From positions 1-54,429 of IMG/VR virus record IMGVR_UViG_3300009788_000023: a stretch of 54,429 nucleotides of DNA. The stretch is one strand, 5' to 3'. This stretch comes from a virus. Lineage: Duplodnaviria > Caudoviricetes. Under the pieces are notes generated by a model that made no database searches, was not told where the DNA came from, and saw only the letters and a program-made list of their open reading frames with translations. How positions within the stretch are numbered: the stretch's first letter is position 1; the number at the start of each line of letters is the position of its first letter. Position numbers and translations under genes: made by a program. Positions 52,332 through 54,429 of the stretch are shown one piece after another.

Positions 52332-52865
52332 TTAGTAGAATTTAATCCATGCGCGGACATCATCGGTAGATGATATGGTTGTGAATTGCAGGAATAGATA
52401 TTTGTAACCTACGGCATCGAATTTAATCTTCGCTACGCGGTCTGCGCCTCCGCCATCAACTTCTTCGACTGCGCCCGAGCCGCCAATAAACGCTTGCGTA
52501 ATCGTTCCTATTGTATCCGAGAAGTATCTTAGGGTCGTTGAGTGGTCGAGGTCGCTGGTCTGTTTGCCGGATGTTATTGTGTCTATGCTACAAATAAACT
52601 CGGCAGGGCCGCCCTCGGCGTAGGCCCATAAGGTCAAAGCTGCTGTATCTGTATCAATATGCTCATGGTCAAAGCAGATTATAGCTCGGTTCTCAAACCT
52701 ATCCATCTTAAACGCCTTATTGACTATCGCGGGGTCGTTTGGCTTTAGGTTTGCAAGGAAATACGCCCACGTCCTGTTCGTTACTGAAAGAATAGTATCC
52801 GCAGTGGAAACCGTGTTTCGAAGTAACCTGTATTTTTGCCTGATTGTCTCTAATTGCTGGCCCAT
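52332..52865 (-). CDS. Putative structural protein
   Basis: GAGG RBS; beta-rich. Confidence 0.6.
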   Translation of the reverse strand: MGQQLETIRQKYRLLRNTVSTADTILSVTNRTWAYFLANLKPNDPAIVNKAFKMDRFENRAIICFDHEHIDTDTAALTLWAYAEGGPAEFICSIDTITSGKQTSDLDHSTTLRYFSDTIGTITQAFIGGSGAVEEVDGGGADRVAKIKFDAVGYKYLFLQFTTISSTDDVRAWIKFY

Positions 52866-52874
52866 AATAACCTC

Positions 52875-53078
52875 TTAAATAGTTGGTGAAGTTTGTTTTA
52901 TTTCCCGCGTTACCAATTTGGATGTTTTCACTTTCGAGCTACCGCACTTCGGACAGGTATCACGGAATTTCTTTTTGAGTCTTAAAAACCTGGCTATTCT
53001 GCCCTGTTCTTTATAGGGAAGATAATAGGCGTGCGTGCAATTCTTGCAGTCCCTTCGCCAAAAAGTCTCAGTTTCCAT
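52875..53078 (-). CDS. Small zinc-ribbon protein
   Basis: CKNC...CPKCGS; start reassigned to METETF. Confidence 0.6.
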   Translation of the reverse strand: METETFWRRDCKNCTHAYYLPYKEQGRIARFLRLKKKFRDTCPKCGSSKVKTSKLVTREIKQTSPTI

Positions 53079-53079
53079 C

Positions 53080-53823
53080 TTACCAATTCCTACTGATTCT
53101 ATCGCGGGTTCGGGTTCTGCCTCTTTCGTGACGACGCAAATTGTATTGCTGTTGAATTTCATCTATCCCTAATGCCCTGTTATATATTATTATATTGTCT
53201 ATCGTTCCGTCGAAGGTCCGGTCCTTGGCAGCGGAATTGCCTATATTCAAGTCCAATGCGCTATCATTTGATGGTGAGCCTATAACATTTCCCGCAATAT
53301 CAATATCCAAGGCCAACAAGAGGGCGTTAAGATACAACTTGATTTTGCCATCAGAGTCTTCATTATAAACAAAAGCAACGTGTGACCACAAATTATTCGG
53401 GACAACGGCATCACTCCGAGCTTGAGCGTCAGTAATTGCGTGCTGTATTATTACTTGGAGTTTAGTAAAACCCGCAACTTCATCTCTCAAAAGGAAATTA
53501 TAGCCAAGGGTTGCGTTATTATTATTTGCTTTATCAATTATTCTGCCTGTAGTACGCCCTACGCTTGCAGGTCTTATCCATGTCGAAACAGAATAGGAAG
53601 TCTTGCCTTTAATATCTATTGAAGGATCGGCAGGTGCAGTAATCACGTCGGAACCAGCGGCGCCGCCGTCAAAGAAGAGGCCACCGCCCACTTTGGCCGT
53701 CATAGATGTAAGTCCCTGGGCGCCAGTTCCCGCCCAAGTGCCGGTATTCGTCCCGGCGGAATCAGCAATAGACGTTCCGGATGTTTCGTTTAGTTTGTAA
53801 TGAGCACCGGCGCCTATTATCAT
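53080..53823 (-). CDS. LamG domain virion protein
   Basis: HYKLNETSGT..DS.G, WSHVAFVY, FDGTID...YNRAL..EI. Confidence 0.85.
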   Translation of the reverse strand: MIIGAGAHYKLNETSGTSIADSAGTNTGTWAGTGAQGLTSMTAKVGGGLFFDGGAAGSDVITAPADPSIDIKGKTSYSVSTWIRPASVGRTTGRIIDKANNNNATLGYNFLLRDEVAGFTKLQVIIQHAITDAQARSDAVVPNNLWSHVAFVYNEDSDGKIKLYLNALLLALDIDIAGNVIGSPSNDSALDLNIGNSAAKDRTFDGTIDNIIIYNRALGIDEIQQQYNLRRHERGRTRTRDRISRNW

Positions 53824-53824
53824 C

Positions 53825-54306
53825 TTATCTTCCTACCCTATCGGAAACGTTCTGCTTGGCACCCATGGTTAACTCTGTAAGATGTAAGGATTGGAGTTCG
53901 TCCCAAACGCCGTCAACGATATCGCCAATGTCGCCTGGCGTAATCGAACCACCCGCCGCGGTCGTTGCATAAGAAACGTTCCAGATAACTACCCTGTCGC
54001 CTGCGGCAAGCGGGAATGCCGTATTTGCGTCAATAGTTATTGTAAGCGAGCCGTGGACGTAATCCGTAACCCTTCTCGGGCCACTCCAAATCACGCCAGT
54101 CGTATCGAATATTGAGCAAACGGCGTTATTGATGTCGTCATTACCAGTCAAGCCTGCTGCTACCGTAAAGACTGTATCAGGCGTTGTGACTGTGGCGATA
54201 GTCGTGTCCAGGACCTTCATATCGTCCGTTACGGCCGTAATCGTGTTGATTAGGGCTACAACATCCCCTGCGGTCTGTGCGGTGCCGTTGACTTCTTTGA
54301 CGTTAA
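53825..54306 (-). CDS. 3' part of the junction-spanning 438-aa virion protein
   Basis: In frame with 835..1; RRVTDY.., I.D.VWDE motifs. Confidence 0.8.
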
Positions 54307-54429
54307 CATGAAAGCCTGTCGGATCTGCTTGAGATTGCGTTTCCCATTCATTAACAATCCCTGCCGCGGTTATTGCTGAATGTGTATTAAGCTGAGAGGC
54401 ATCAATTCGGGTAGAATCGTCAACGACGG
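54307..54429. repeat. Terminal direct repeat (circular assembly overlap), copy 2
   Basis: Identical to 1-123. Confidence 0.95.

Noticed and set aside
25217-54311. Many plus-strand ORFs opposite structural genes (e.g. 27782..28564, 28604..29371, 45728..46498)
   Set aside because: Antisense shadows of long minus-strand genes, with no RBS or recognisable motifs
54307-54429. 123-bp terminal repeat as a biological DTR or att site
   Set aside because: It falls mid-gene and the frame continues across it, as expected for a circular assembly overlap
1-54429. CRISPR array, DGR/retron or alternative genetic code
   Set aside because: No repeat-spacer array, reverse transcriptase or TR/VR pair seen; core genes are intact under the standard code and all three stops are used

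Overview
The window is an apparently complete, circularly assembled genome of a tailed dsDNA phage. Bases 1-123 equal 54307-54429, giving a unit length of 54,306 bp, and one gene runs in frame across the junction. Almost all genes are on the minus strand, and the structural module is podovirus-like (P22/T7-type). Minus-strand order from ~20 kb downward: small early genes, a plus-strand island (NrdR-like zinc ribbon, tyrosine integrase), lysozyme-like enzyme, HNH-AP2, YqaJ/RecT recombination pair, tRNA-His, a dual-frame C5 DNA methyltransferase, replication-initiator-like and RuvC-like genes, then LamG/fibre genes. Across the junction it continues with TerS, a two-ORF TerL, portal, scaffold, major capsid, a 968-aa repeat protein, a SAM methyltransferase and GT-B glycosyltransferase, an initiator-like tRNA-Met, adaptors flanking a FliA-like sigma factor, nozzle, ejection proteins, a holin-like gene, a secreted-protein moron and an HNH. 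The most unusual signals are non-coding. Four leaders share one design: a short leader ORF, a 5' segment complementary to the loop of a downstream terminator, and in-frame Gly-Phe over the U-tract. One of these leaders feeds directly into a tRNA mimic with no anticodon loop, followed by further structured RNAs. No CI-type repressor is recognisable and the integrase lacks its box I catalytic Arg, so RNA-based control is a hypothesis worth testing. All calls come from reading motifs and base pairing by eye; no searches or folding programs were run.
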